The notes: generated by a model from the letters alone, not told the origin. DNA of 64,000 nt from Octopus vulgaris (GCA_951406725.2 OX597815.1:182652001-182716000); one strand, 5' to 3'. Positions 27,387 to 41,552 are shown, numbered from the stretch's first letter. Made by a program: numbers and translations.

Positions 27387-27876
27387 TCTAGTTGTGTGAG
27401 TGTCTGTCCCCTTCGATTTAGATTCCTAACTCCTCCCACATTTTGCCGTGCAGTTTAACCAAATTCGGGTATCTTATAGTCGTGATTCATATCGAGCCCG
27501 TCTGAGTATTAGCGCGCATCTATGATGAGTCTACGATTTTAAAAATAATTTAACATCATTTTTTATTCCATTTTAATGCATAAAATACATCGTGTGTCGA
27601 TGGCGGCGGAGTTGGCGTCCATGGTCACACCTGCACCTGTTTGCTTCTCCCCCTTCCCTCCCTCGTGAAGCTGTGGGGAAGGGAGTGTAAAGAAATCAAC
27701 GTCGTAATGCGTTGTGAAGGAAACCAGCGTTCTTTTAGAACAACGACTTCATGGCTTGAAGACACCAAAACAAAAATGGCTAAGAAAGCCCGAATTTATA
27801 AGGGAAGTAACTCTCTAAAGATGCTTATATAGTTATTTCCCTTACAAACTCGAGCAATGCCGGGCGATACTGCTAG
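27370..27876 (+). mobile_element. Non-autonomous Helitron
   Basis: 3' subterminal hairpin (C)TCGAGCAATGCCGGG, terminal CTAG|T; homologous to 44912-45303. Confidence 0.75.
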
Positions 27877-27895
27877 TATATATATATATATATCA

Positions 27896-28542
27896 CTAGC
27901 AGTATCGCCCGGCGTTGCTCGGGTTTGTTTCGACCCGCTGGAATTGTAATTTTGAAAAGTAAAAATTTTGTGAACATTTTTCTGGTCGAAATACACCGAA
28001 AAGTGGCGACACAGCAGTGAAAAAATCGTAAAAAATAGGGATTTTCATAGAAAAAAGCATCTTTTTGATGTAAATAATTTTTGGTGTTAACATGGTCCGA
28101 TTTGAATTTTATGTTCTACGGAAGGAAGAGCAACCCTTCTTCTACCATACTCTCAATTTTGGTCAACTTGCGCCGCAGGGTCTCGGAGGAGATAGTGTTA
28201 GTTGAAGGTTACCATTCTAGGTGCCTGAGTAACAACCTCGCGGATTTACAGATAAATGAATTAATTACTATTTTACAGAATAAAATTAAATAATTCTTGA
28301 AAATTAATTAATATTAATATTTTTTGAACAATGTAAATAATTTTTAAAACTTAAATAATAATTTTTTTTACACAAACGCGAACGGGGAAAATTGGAGTTT
28401 AAATTTTAAAAACTGGACCTGGCATGACCCGATGCATTCTACTCTTAAAAATGCTAGGTAAATTGCAATTGAAGAAATCCTATATTGTAGATTTCTATAA
28501 GTTACAAAGGGAGGCAGATAAAATCTGCCTTTTATAATAAGA
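27896..28542 (-). mobile_element. Non-autonomous Helitron, different internal sequence
   Basis: 5' A|TCTTATTATAAAA, 3' hairpin CCCGAGCAACGCCGGG plus CTAG|T, no TSD. Confidence 0.75.
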
Positions 28543-28804
28543 TATATATATATATAATGTCTTAATCGATTTACAACTTTTACATTGAATCGAGCAAAAA
28601 TTGTGTTAACTTTAAAGAGAAATAAAATGAAGGCAGATAACTACTCCATCAAAAGTGTTTAAAGTCTCAAAAATAAGGGAAAATGATTTCTTCGGAAACT
28701 GAAAATAGGTGGCAGGAAAGAATAAAATCACGGCTTTGACCTAATAAAATAATATGCTAACACCTATATACACACACGCAGTCATAGTCTCTCTCTCTCT
28801 CCCT

Positions 28805-28840
<36 letters not shown>

Positions 28841-29910
28841 TCTTTCACGCACACAACATACACACGCACTCCCACATACACACACAGTGTGGAAACGTTC
28901 GAAATTGGAGTATATATATATAGAAAATCAATGGAACACAGTGAATTCTATTACTAACTGTCTTGACTACATTTTATTTTCATCATAAATTTGTCTTTCA
29001 TCATTTAACCAACGGTTTACCACAGACTTTTCAACACGGTGGGATATATCCTACATCTCACTTTGCACGGAAATCAAACAGAATTCAAATGAGGCCATAA
29101 TAATACTTGAAGATTATTGTTACTCTAGGCTGTAATCAGCGTCGCCGAAATTTAATTCACAGAAAGTGAAGTTAATTTTATTTTTCTTAACGATCACAGA
29201 CTCAACATCCTGAAGGGCTGCGCATGTCTTTGATTCCAGTAATCACACTTCCCATTTGATGTCTATCAGTATTTTAGATGTATTCATTAAGTGCGTAACT
29301 AGGTTTAACACATTTAACTTAGTTTATGAAAGGAAGTAGAGAATTATGGCAGCTACATTTTGGGCAAAGAGTATTAGATAATTCGTTTAGAGACTTGATT
29401 ATTAGCGAAACGTGATATAAAGCAAATATCATTTAGTTATTTGTAGTGGATGGAAGATAATGAACTGTCACGATGATTTATGCACGTTTCTTCTACTTTC
29501 TATGTTTACCTTCTTACATTGCAAATAAATGGCCAGGCGAAAATGATTCAAATAGCAAACAATATTATTTAAGTCGAATCTGCAGCTTATGACATTCCAC
29601 TGACGATGAGTTTACCTTTATTGAATTTTAAATTATTTAATGGAGAAGTTATGGGGATATATTAAAGTCAAGTGTTTCGATAGAATGATGTTCTTCAAAA
29701 ATTTTGAAAGTGACATTCGTACATTCTATTTAATACTATTTTATTCGATTATAAACTGCAGGAGATTGGAAGAATCGTAAGTGTAGTGGCAAAATACCGT
29801 GTGATATGACATACAGTGTAAGTTATATTCTCACGAAGATTGACGTTTCTGTTCAGCATTTGGGTATCGATTAAACATGCATACAAAGACATATAGACAT
29901 ACATGCATAC

Positions 29911-30056
<146 letters not shown>

Positions 30057-30319
30057 ATTACTGAAGAACTATAGTCAATTTAATCGATTGCACCCATTCC
30101 ACTTGTTTATGACATGCAGATAACTTATAACAAAACACTGTATTAAATAAGACCAACACAGAATTGGTATGGTTTGATTGCTGACCTATGAGACAATATT
30201 CAAAGTATTGTCCACCATAGTTTAACTTGCTCACTCTTTTTCTACAATAAGCTGTGCATTGGTCAACGTACTTGTATTTGATCAAAACACTGCAAATGAG
30301 ATTTATCCCGTTCTCAAGT

Positions 30320-30905
30320 ATTAAGTCGATTACATCTACCCCAGTGCGTAACTGGTAATTATTTCATCGACCCTGAAAGGATGAAAGGCAAAGTCAACCT
30401 CGGCGGAATTTGAACTCGGAACGTAACAGCAGACGAAATACTTATTTCTTTACTACCCACAAGGAGCTAAACACAGAGAGTCCAAACAAGGACAGACAAA
30501 GGGATTAAGACGATTATATCTACCCCAGTGCGTAACTGGTACTTAATTTATCGACCCCGAAAGGATGAAAGGCAAAGTCGACCTCGGCGGAATTTGAACT
30601 CAGAACGTAGCGGCAGACGAAATACCGCTAAGCATTACCCCCCCCTCCCCAGCGTGCTAACGCTTCTGCTAGCACGCCGACTTTTCTAAAATGTTGGCTT
30701 TTCGTTTAGGCTCACGGTGAACACCCTTGCAGGAGCGGGTAAGTCGATTACATCGATTCCATTGCTCAGCTGGTACTTAGGTTTTCAAACCCGAAAGCAA
30801 GAAAAGCAAAGTCGACCTCGGCAGAATTTGAACTCAGAGCGTAGTGATGAAATGCTGCTAAGCATTTGGGCGCGGTTTGCAAACGATTTTGTTAACACGC
30901 CGCTT
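30320..30905 (-). mobile_element. SINE family A dimer plus an older monomer
   Basis: Reverse-complement homology to the 25438 array. Confidence 0.85.
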
Positions 30906-31434
30906 TTTCCAAAATGATATTCATTATAGTTTTTTAAAATTGGCATATATAAATACGATGGTGGGAACGAATTTGAGCAGACGATCAAATATTTCATTAA
31001 ACGTGACGTAAACCCTCTGTCAATATACCCTCAGAATGTTCATTAAAATATTTATGTTGATGTAAAATTCTGGTTTCAGTTTTTAATATCTGTTTTTTTT
31101 TAAAGAAATTATGTAAATGCATTGACTTAAAAGAATTCACAACCGGCTATACTGGACCTATTGCTAAAAAACGAAATTGAAGCTCTACGTTCCAGTGAAA
31201 TAATACGCATCAAATAGCAGCTCTCACAAAGACAGTGTCATTTGGAATATATAATTTTAAAAGCTGCATATACAAAATAAATGTCGTCTCATACTCTTTC
31301 ATCTCCAAAGTCTCTTTATATGAGTCCCATATCCAACTATAAATATCAAATCATATTTCCAAATTACGACACAAAGTATCGCATTGCTAATAACGAAGTT
31401 TATATAACTCTGTACTTGAATATATATATATTTC

Positions 31435-31504
<70 letters not shown>

Positions 31505-31566
31505 TGTATATATATATATGTGTGTCTGAGTGTATGTCTGTATATTTGTGTCTGTATGTGTGTACG

Positions 31567-31606
<40 letters not shown>

Positions 31607-31810
31607 AGTCTGTGTCTGTGTGTGTACTGTATTATGTGTGTGTGTGAGTGTATATGTTTGTGTATCTGTGTATGTGTCTGTGTCTGTGTCTTCGTGTCTG
31701 TGTGTGTGTACGTATATGTATATGTGTTTGTGTACGTAAACGTATATATGTGTGTGTTTGTGTCTGTGTGTGTACGTATATGTATATATTTGTGTGTGTG
31801 TGTTTGTGTG

Positions 31811-32030
31811 TGGAAGCGCATGGCTTCGTAGTATGGGTATTCGGTTTACGATCTAAAGGTCGTGCGTTTGATATCCAGCAAGACACACTACATTTCCCGT
31901 TGCTCCAACCCAATCAGCTGGCAAAAATGAGTTGCTCCAGCAATTCAAAAGGTCAGCTTTGTCACATTCTGTGTCACACTGAATCCTACGTTAAGGGCAA
32001 GCGTGTTTATGAAGTGTTTTCGAATATACA
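31811..32030 (+). mobile_element. Degenerate SINE with family D head/core and family B-like tail
   Basis: GCGCATGGCTT..CAAGACACACTACATTTC then TGTCACATTCTGTGTCACACTGAATC..ACGTTAAGGG. Confidence 0.6.
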
Positions 32031-32303
32031 TAAATTGCTGAAGTATTAGAATTAAGCATGTCTACCAACTGGAAATAACAGCCAAAACTTTTATTTAAAC
32101 CGGCGAAAAAAATACACTGGACTCACGTGGACTGGTTTCTGGACTGGCATTATAGCCTCATCTTCCTCAGCACGCGTTACTATGATGGAGAGCCCCAACC
32201 CGTCACGCTGACGTCTGCGCTGCAACTGATTCGTTTTGCGCCGAATCATGGCAGCCACCAGTGTGAAAATAATTTCAATGAGTAAGTAATTCAGGAGAAA
32301 GTA

Positions 32304-32770
32304 TATTCTTTTATACGTTTCAAGCCCAAAAGTTGTGGCCATGCTGAAGCACCACCAGAGCAATCACCTTTCTCACTTACGATTTTTACGCGATTTTTAG
32401 TGAAAGAAGGGGTTCGACGCTGCTTCCCTCCCTTGAGTTTCTTACCGTGGCGTCGGTCCAGCTGGAACTTTGGATAGCAGGAGGTCATTTTCCGTCTTGA
32501 AAACATCTCTTGTTCGCCATGACAGGCGGCTTTGATAATCAATGTTGCTATCATCATGGAGCTTTCTACTAACATATTCATGCATGGGCTTCTGCCGATA
32601 TATGCTCATCCTTTCATCTGACAATATATTGCGGTAGAATCATGCGACTTCTTCGGGCATGTATTTAATGTTATCGGACACGGAATGCTCCGCAAGGAGC
32701 TGCTTTCCAAGTTTCGTGATGTTATCAGCCTTATGTATGTAAACATAGCCACGGGATACACTCCGACACT
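32304..32770 (-). mobile_element. Degraded CR1-clade LINE 3' end
   Basis: DVFKTENDLLLSKVPAGPTPR*..REAASN aligns with the 24885 copy; tail GGTGGTGCTTCAGCATGGCCAC. Confidence 0.7.
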
Positions 32771-32799
32771 TGTTGGTTAAAAGATGTTGCCGAAGGGAT

Positions 32800-33730
32800 A
32801 TAATATGGTATTCAAAGATAACCTGGATTGATGTTAAGCCTGTATCACCTTGTTTTCATTTTATGTACAGGCGGTTTATGTCACTGTTATGTGGAAATTA
32901 TGTGGGCTTGTTAGTATTTTTCGAGTTTTCACATCAATAGCTCGAATCTCATCAAGCGTCCATTCAAGCAGCCCAAATGTTTTTATGAGTAATGACACTA
33001 CAAACACAACGAGGGTCACTGTTATATTGAATACAGAGAATTCCGAGGTCCAAATGATTTTTTATTCGTCTGTATTATTATTTAGTGGTACGTGATCTAT
33101 TATAGGTGTCAATGTAAGATATATTTCATCCACCCCTAGATGCCTGTAATATTCCACATCAGATATAGGGGAAACCGTTTAGCTATTAATGGAGATGTTG
33201 CTAGTCGGGTTTACAGTTTTCCCTCTTTTCAAAACCATTTCGCAACATTTATCCTGACCACATTCTAGCTCTGTATCCTTTGAGAATTTTGTAACCAGAT
33301 CAAGGCTCATTTTCATCTCGTACATATTCTTTGCATATAGTTCCAATTCATCTACAGAGAAACAATGTGTAATTTTGGTATTTCTGTTTCCTTGTGAACC
33401 TGTGAGTTATCCTTCAGAATTCCTTAGCATGAATGACAAGGGGTTTACAGAAAGTATAAACATCACAGAGACGCTGACTTTTTGGTATATGTCTCTGCGA
33501 TACTGTATTCTATCAGTGATAATACAATCACTTCATGTATTTAACTTCAAGAGGGAGGCCCATGAATGAAGTCAGGTCAGCTATGGCTTTGATTATGCTC
33601 ACTGTAACTTTAGCTAGTTGAAGGGCATCTAGCATCGATGAGTGGGGGACAAGGTCAAAGGCTTTCTTGTAGTCCAGCCACATTGAAATGAGGTTCCGCC
33701 TATACTGTCGCACCGCTAACATTATAGTTT
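32800..33730 (-). mobile_element. R4/Dong LINE reverse transcriptase relic
   Basis: WLDYKKAFDLVPHS, NPLSF, ITHCFSVDELELYAK (degenerate YMDD), YRHLGVDE, WTLDEIRAIDVKTRKIL, SDINRLY. Confidence 0.85.
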
Positions 33731-36195
33731 TGTTTATGTATGTATGTATGTATGTATGTATGTATGTATGTATGTATGTATGTGTGTGTATGTATGTGAG
33801 AGAGGGAGGGAGAGGGAGAAGAGTGTGTGTGTGCATGTGCGTGTTTGCTTTATTTAAGACTGATATATTGTGTCACTGTGTCACGCAACTGCGCTTATCT
33901 CCAAAGAAGCGATCAATAATAACCGGACAGGGTTCGATATGATTGATTACAATGTCTCAACGTTATAACTCAGCAGAGCTGCAGAACAATGACTGCAACC
34001 AGTCAAAGTGTACACACCGCCCTTCGTCTATGCAGTGTTTATCTTACTCGATGGCGTTTTCATTTAAAGATATTAAAACTCTTGGTTTTGTTCAACCGTG
34101 TCATCAGTAATATACGCCAATGCATTTTGAATAACAAACCAACTCATGGGACCTGTAATTTTGAGCATCGTAAGCTATGTGGTTTCTTATTTGTCTCACA
34201 AATTTCAAGATAAATACCATATCAGAACCCGTGTTATTTTATTTGTATTCATTTTCCTGATAATATATTCACTAATAAGGGAGTCTAATTCATCCACATA
34301 AGATTCTTCTTTGTGATTCGTAATTTCGTAATTACGGTGCCAAATAAATCTATCCCACTTAACGTCATTTCCACAAACACTCGCTTAATTTTCTCAGACA
34401 ACTAAAATATTTTATTCTTCAGCTTTTATTCAACGAGCAATATTAATTATATTTCAGTTAAAAAATTATTTTTGCTTCAGTATCACTAACATTCAGGACT
34501 GCTCATGTCAAAATGGTTCTCTTAATTCCCCAAATTTCTGTTTAAATTATCTTCCAACAATGAAGAATACTAATTTGTTCTTACTCGTCGAACAGCAAGT
34601 TGGCTGTCTTCCATATCATGCAGTATTTGTTTATACGGATGTTTAACCCAATTTGCTTTGATTCACTGATTGGATAACTCCTCTTTATTGGGTGTTCATG
34701 TGAGAACTTGAAAGTAAAGTAAAGTGCTCTAGCTCTTAATAGACGTGTTATCAATTAGTCATCAAAATCTGAAAACTAATATAATTTTCTAGAGAACAAA
34801 TGTTTTCATAAAACCCGCTTTAAATTATGCAGTAAACACTTATTATTTTTCAATGGCAATGAACTAGGAGTGTATTTTGTTTAACTTTCTCATACTGTAC
34901 GAGTTAAGGTCGCTGTTAAATAATGAGAACTACATAAAACAACCATCTAACGCATTACAGTAACATAATTAAGTAGTTTCTTTTGATGATTTGAATCGCT
35001 TTTTCTGTTCGTTCGCTTATTTTTCTATTCTTGATATAAAGATTCTCTTTGGTATTTTTCAACAATAGACAAGTTTGATCAGCATTAAACATTAGTCTTA
35101 TAATCTAGCAATCTTCACCTTTTCATAGCAGTTTTCTTATCAGTTGATGTACTTTCATATAATTTATTATTATGTAGAAAATCACCTTTTTATTAATTTT
35201 TCAAGCCCTCCCTCACTCTCCGGACGAACTGGTTGTAGGAGATCAAATGTTTAGTTTCCAGTGTTGATTTAATTAAAAGTTTTCACTGCTTCTTCACGTT
35301 GTAGCAAAACTGTCTGTGCGCATTTCTTTTTGGAGTTTTATCTTCTGTACATGATCAAGGGTTATTCCTACCGTTTCCATAAGGTTGATACGTATGTATG
35401 ATGTCAGTTTACTGAGGAAGTAGCTGTGATTATAGAGGTTCTGATACTTATCTGCATTTCATTATATGATTCAAACAGTTGTGCCGTTGTGTTTAACTAT
35501 TTCGTAGTTTCTCTTTTGAATTCGATATATTTCAATTTCCTTTGCATCAGAAATTTATTTATTTTCTATTATGATTTGAAGCTTGAAACTCTTTAATTAA
35601 ATCTCGAAAATATTTAATAAAACACAAATAACAGGCCTAATGTAGGTGATTTAAAGTGCAGTCTACATCAACATCGTTGAAACCGAAACAAAGCAAAGTG
35701 AAAGGTAATTGTAAAATGGAAAAATTTCAAGTCTACAACATCGAAGAAAATGCATAACCATATATTCACAACTATATACTTAACCTCAATGGCCAACTTT
35801 GTTGGTCATTCTGGCCTTTCATATTTGGCCTCAACAGACTCCAGCCTGATGCCTGCTGTATTCTTGGGATATTCTTTTGTTTGGAAAATTATGTTTCATC
35901 TGATTATTTCGGTCTTTTGTAATGGAGTAATGTTCTCCTTCTATTAAAAAGATGCGTGAGAAACAGATGTAATGATTGGACAATTATCCGTCGTATGTTA
36001 TTCATGTGTGTGTGTCTGTGTGTGTGTGTGTGCGCGCGCGCATGCGTACGTGTATGTATATGTGAGTGTGCGAGTGTGTATGCGTGTGTGTGTGTTTGCG
36101 TGCGTGCATAGGCATATATATATATATATATGTATGTATTTTTATAAAATTTATGAATAAATGAAAGAATGGAGTTGAACGACAAATTAACAAAT

Positions 36196-36294
36196 TTCCT
36201 TTATGTTCGACATATGTTTCGAAGGCTGCACATTCCTAATTGTGAAGGAATAAGGAGTACATTATGCCGCTTTCTCATCAGGAAAAACAAGGAA
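36196..36294 (-). ncRNA. Type I hammerhead ribozyme, family H1 copy
   Basis: TTC-CTGATGA-GAAAGC..GCCTTC-GAAA-CATAT-GTC-GAA. Confidence 0.7.
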
Positions 36295-36321
36295 TTTATA
36301 GATACAGATATAGACTTTGAT

Positions 36322-36377
<56 letters not shown>

Positions 36378-37059
36378 TCAGATAGGAGAAAGGCAGAGAG
36401 GTTGGCATAATTGCTTCAGCTACGATCATATTGCCGGTATAGGAAATAATTCAAGTTATCGCTCTGTATAAAGTATTCTCTAAGCGATATTTTGTTGTAC
36501 TTCTTAGATAAAACATTTTAAATAGATCTTCAGATATTACATTCATACTAATATAAATATATAATCGTAACAACCATCTTAGATAATTATTTCCGATGTA
36601 TCGTTATTTTAATATATAATGTATAATATATTAATACAAATTAATGTAAAGGAATTGAGTTAATTTATTTAGATTTAAATGTGAAGGATGTTAAGTTTTT
36701 TGACGAAGTGTACAGCCTCTTCAGTTTAATTCAATAAATCTTTGACGTCCCGTGATTCAACAACAGATTTCTGAAAAGCGATATATGTAAGAAAAAATCG
36801 TGGGCAGATCATGTGAGCAAATATCACTTTCTTACATGGCAACTAGCAAGAGAGAGATTTTCTCAGTATTTAGAAAATACAATGCAGAGTATGTTGAAAT
36901 CCTTTAAAATTCAACAGGGAAAAGTTTTGAGATGAATCTGATTTATATGGAAAACGAATTGGAAACTGAGATGGAAAATTCAAAGTAAAAATTATATAAC
37001 CAATATACTTGCGTGCAAAAGTATATCGATTATATATGCTCTCTTTACATATATATATA

Positions 37060-37246
37060 GGGAGAGTTTACGAAAAAACAAAAGACGAAGACAGGTGGTG
37101 TACAAAACAAACAGATGTATTAGTATAACGCTCAGGAATAGAAAAAATCTTTTACGTTTCGAGCCTACGCTCTTCTACAGAATGGGACACAGAAAAAACA
37201 AGGTGAGAAACAAGGAGAGAAAAAATGTGTGTAGTGGCTAACGATC
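37060..37246 (-). mobile_element. Penelope-type pLTR fragment with variant hammerhead (37149-37184)
   Basis: CTGTAGA-A-GAGC gtag GCTC-GAAA-CGTA; homologous to 43190-43345. Confidence 0.55.
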
Positions 37247-37281
37247 TATATGTATGCATATAGATGTACAGATATATAGAT

Positions 37282-37566
37282 GTGGAGGCGCAATAGCCAA
37301 GTGGCTAAGGTAGCGGACTTGCGGTCATAGGATCGCAGTTTCGATTCCCAGAACGGGCGTTGTGAATGTTTATTGAGCCAAAACACTTAGAGGTCCACGA
37401 GATTCATGCTGTACTCTTTCATCACAACAGTCTCTCACTCTTTCTTCCTGTTTCTGTTGTGCCTGTATTTCAAAGGACTCAGCCTTGTAACGCTGAATCT
37501 CCCCGAGGGTACGTGTCTGTTTTGGGATCAACTGGAACCCTGTTCGTCATAACGACGGAGTGCCGC
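37282..37566 (+). mobile_element. SINE family B with internal deletions
   Basis: GGAGGCGCAATAGCCAAGTGG..GTTTCGATTCCC. Confidence 0.8.
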
Positions 37567-37613
37567 AGAAGTAATATATAGATGCGCTTGATTGTATTTG
37601 TACATTAGTACGC

Positions 37614-37689
<76 letters not shown>

Positions 37690-37834
37690 TTAAATTTTTG
37701 AGAGTGACAAAATTCCGTGCTGTATCTCTCTCTCTGTATATATAAACATATAGTTTATATTCATATACAAGAAAAAGAAAATGGAGATTCGGAAGTTAAT
37801 AATTGTTTAGTATTAACAGCAAATTAATCATCTT

Positions 37835-37918
37835 GCCTTACAGCTGTTTCAGTTAATACTCAGTAAATATTAAGTAAATATTAAATTTATATGACCTGAG
37901 CATAATATCTTCAGGGAG
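37835..37918 (-). ncRNA. Degenerate type I hammerhead motif
   Basis: CTGAAGA..ATGCTCAG/CTGAGTAT..GAAA-CAGCT-GTA; weak stem I; partial inverted copy at ~37970-38090. Confidence 0.5.
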
Positions 37919-38393
37919 GAAAAAGTATACCCTTGGATGTTTTATACGTGTTTATGGATTCTCAAAGTGTATCATGCTCAGATCATAGAAATTTACTTAC
38001 TTAAATATTTAATGGAACAGGTGTAAGGATATGATGATTAATTTGGTGTTAATAATAAACAATTATTAACTTTCCAGTCTCCATTTCCTTTTATATATAT
38101 ATATATATATACTGTTGAAACACTCCTGTCACAACCTGGGACCTTGAAGACTGATATAATGTAAGAAAGTATACTAGTCCCTTAATATTTGATATTCAAT
38201 ATTTCATCTATTCAATAAGACAATCAATACTTAATTTTATTTTACAATATATATATTATTTATACTATATATTCTATATTCTACATTAATATTATAAAGG
38301 ATATAAATAAAACATAAAAAACAGATTTGGAATTTCTTTGAATAATATATATTCCTCTCTACACAATCATACAAACCCCTTTTATTTATTTAT

Positions 38394-38463
<70 letters not shown>

Positions 38464-40274
38464 GCATGTATGTATGTATGTATGTATGTATGTATGTATG
38501 TATGTATGTATGTATGTATGTATGTATGTATACATGTGTGTATACAGAAGTACATACACACATACATTTGTATGTATTTGTGTTTAACTACATTCAGAAA
38601 ACAGTTCAGCTTCTGTATACTAAATTGCTGTATGCCTTTAATACAAAGGCATACAGCAGTTTATTGCTTCTGAATGAATTGATGGTTATGTCTGCATAAA
38701 TATCAATATAGCTATTAAGTTACAAATATTAAAATCAATCTACCTTTAAGAAGCTATTCAATGATTTTTCGTTCGTTGTGGACAGTGGTAAACATTAGCG
38801 GTTTGGTATTATTTAATTGTATTTCTAAAGCGATGAGCGATTGGTTTCATACTAAATACGTTATGCGTAAAAAGTCTTAACAGAATGAAAATATTTACCA
38901 TTGTTATCACCGACTTCTTTTTCTACTTTTCAAACGGGTGAAACAAAAATTAGTAAACACGTATTCTCCACGCCTTAGATCTATATTTGTATCGTATTCA
39001 ATTATGTTGTTTTTAAAACTTTGTCAACAACTTAAGTTCATAGTACTTGGAACAATGATTTATTTACCTTTAGCACCGATAGACCGCTTGGTGTAGCTAA
39101 AATCGATGTTTTGTATATAAAACATAATGTTTGGTTACTCCATTAGTCAATAAAATATATTCAGTTCGTTCTTATAAAAATCTAAAACAAACTTGACATT
39201 ATTAATTAAGCATTGCTACAACTCAATTTTTTTGTGGTAAATTTTTTGTTTTGTAGAAAATATAAACAAAAAGAAATCGAATTTTCATTATCTTAAATGG
39301 AACAGATAATGGCGATAATTACATGACAAACGCATGTCATGCAAAACTGTCGATGAAATATCTGCAAACTATATCAAAGTCGAAGTTATTTATAGAACTC
39401 GGGATACGTTCCTACGAGAGCAAAATGAGGAAAACAATTAATAAGTGTGAAATTGGAAAGATGGCAATGCAATAATTTCTAATTATCATTGAGATTGATG
39501 GTGGCAGGAACTATAAATTGCTTGCAGTTCCACTCTGTGATTGGGCCATGTGCTATTCTCTACATAATAATATATACTTCGCTTAAACCAGCAAGGAATA
39601 AGTTAATTACGTGTCGCAATATATAATGATTTACAAGTCATAACATAAGAAGTGAATATTTTTAACAACCAACCCTAAGTCTCTGCTGACTACTTCCTGG
39701 TTCATTACATCTTTCAACATATCATCGAGCTACTTTGAACGAAAATCAATAATTGTTTCACGTACATTGGTTCAGCAGTAAATCACAGACGCTGAAAAGC
39801 ATAGAAGAGACATCTATTTATTTTACGATAAAAGTTCACAATGCCCAAGCGTTTGATCATCAAATTAACAGCCCCAGTCATATTCCGATATAGAAACAAT
39901 CATATTATTAATGCTTTGTTTATAACTGGCGTTCCGCTGAAACGTTCGTAGTTACCATACCGAAAAGCTCTGTTCAACATTTTGGTCACCACGAATTAAA
40001 AACGGAAAGAATTTCAAATGAAATACTCTGCTCGCAGTTATACAATTTTAAAACGGATTCACGATTATTAACTTTAAGGCCCTTAGTAAGTTTATATTCA
40101 TTTTCACATAAACAAAGTTGTACACTTACTAAAAATAAACATACAAATATACACATACATACACTCACACATTTATATGTATATATATATATATGTATAT
40201 ATATATATGTATATATATATATATGTATATATATGCATATATATATATGGAGTCGAACGAAGATTTTAACAAAA

Positions 40275-40373
40275 TTCCTTTACTTTCGACATATGTTTCG
40301 AAGACTGCATACTCTTAATTACGAAGGAATGAAGGTTGCATTATGCCGTCTTCTCATCAGGAAATACAAGGAA
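40275..40373 (-). ncRNA. Type I hammerhead ribozyme, family H1, intact core
   Basis: TTCCTTgtaTTTC-CTGATGA-GAAGAC..GTCTTC-GAAA-CATAT-GTC-GAAAgtaAAGGAA. Confidence 0.8.
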
Positions 40374-40845
40374 CCTGTATCAGCCTCAAGACGAACAAAA
40401 GCTTCTTAATGACTGCCTACATGGTTTCTACAGTGATAATGAGTATTTATTTAAAATAATCCGTTATAAGCAATGACGTCAAAATTGGTTGGAAGGAGGA
40501 AATTTTTAAAAAATAGGAAGGAGACAGTATGTATGCTGTAAGTGTGGGGATCGACGGGTGTATGTTTTTGTTAATGAGTTTGAGTGTTTATGTGTGTGTA
40601 TGAGTGTGTTTATATAACTGCATCTGTGTCTGTGTGTGTGTGTTTGCAAATGTATGTGTGTGGGTGGACAATTGTCAAATATATATGGTATTAATGTGAG
40701 AAATTTGTGTCTGTGTGTTTGATTGTGCGCATGTTAGAGAGAGAGGGGGGAGTTAGAGAGAAAGAGATAAACATACGCCAACTATATTTAGTATTAATGT
40801 TTGATGCAACAGAATAGAGAGGAAGAATTTGTCTACGGTAGTGTT

Positions 40846-40970
40846 GAAAACGGCATAATGCAACCTTCATTCCTTCGGAATTAAGTGTAAGCAGTCTTCG
40901 AAACATATGTCGAAAATAAAGGAATTTGTTAAAATCTTCGTTCGACTCCATTCTTTTCATTTATTCATAT
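40846..40970 (+). repeat. Inverted, 5'-truncated copy of the H1 hammerhead repeat
   Basis: Reverse complement of 40248-40353; lacks CTGATGA. Confidence 0.85.
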
Positions 40971-41098
40971 AAAAAAACACACAAATTTCCACACACGAAC
41001 ACAGGCATGTAACTTCAACCGTGTTTTACTGACGTGAATTTGCTACCCAGGTATCGATTAACCGAATTATCCATACTAGGATAATTCATTCATCTACT

Positions 41099-41136
<38 letters not shown>

Positions 41137-41153
41137 CATACATATGCATATAT

Positions 41154-41552
41154 GCGCAGGAGTGGTTGTGTGGCAAGAAGTTTGCTTACCAACCACATGT
41201 TTCCGGCTTCAGTCCCTTTGCATGGCGCCTTGAGCTGATGTCTTCTACTATAGCCTCGGCCCGACCAAAGCCTTGGGAGTGGATTTGGTAGACCGGAACT
41301 GAAAGCCCGTCATATGTGTGTGTGTGTGTTAGTGTGTGTGTTTGCCCATCCACACACACACACACACAAAAAATATCGCTTGACAATCGATGCTAGTATG
41401 TTTACGTTCTCGTAACTTAGCGGTTCAGCAAAAGAACTAATAGAATAAGTACTAGACTTACAAAGAATAAGTCCTGGTGGGAGTCAATTTGCGCTACTTA
41501 CGGTGGTGCTCCAGCATGGCCGCCGTCAAATGACTGAAATAAATAAAAGAAT
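41154..41552 (+). mobile_element. SINE family C, full length
   Basis: tRNA-like head, internal (TG)n, tail GGTGGTGCTCCAGCATGGCCG..GTCAAATGACTGAAA. Confidence 0.85.
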
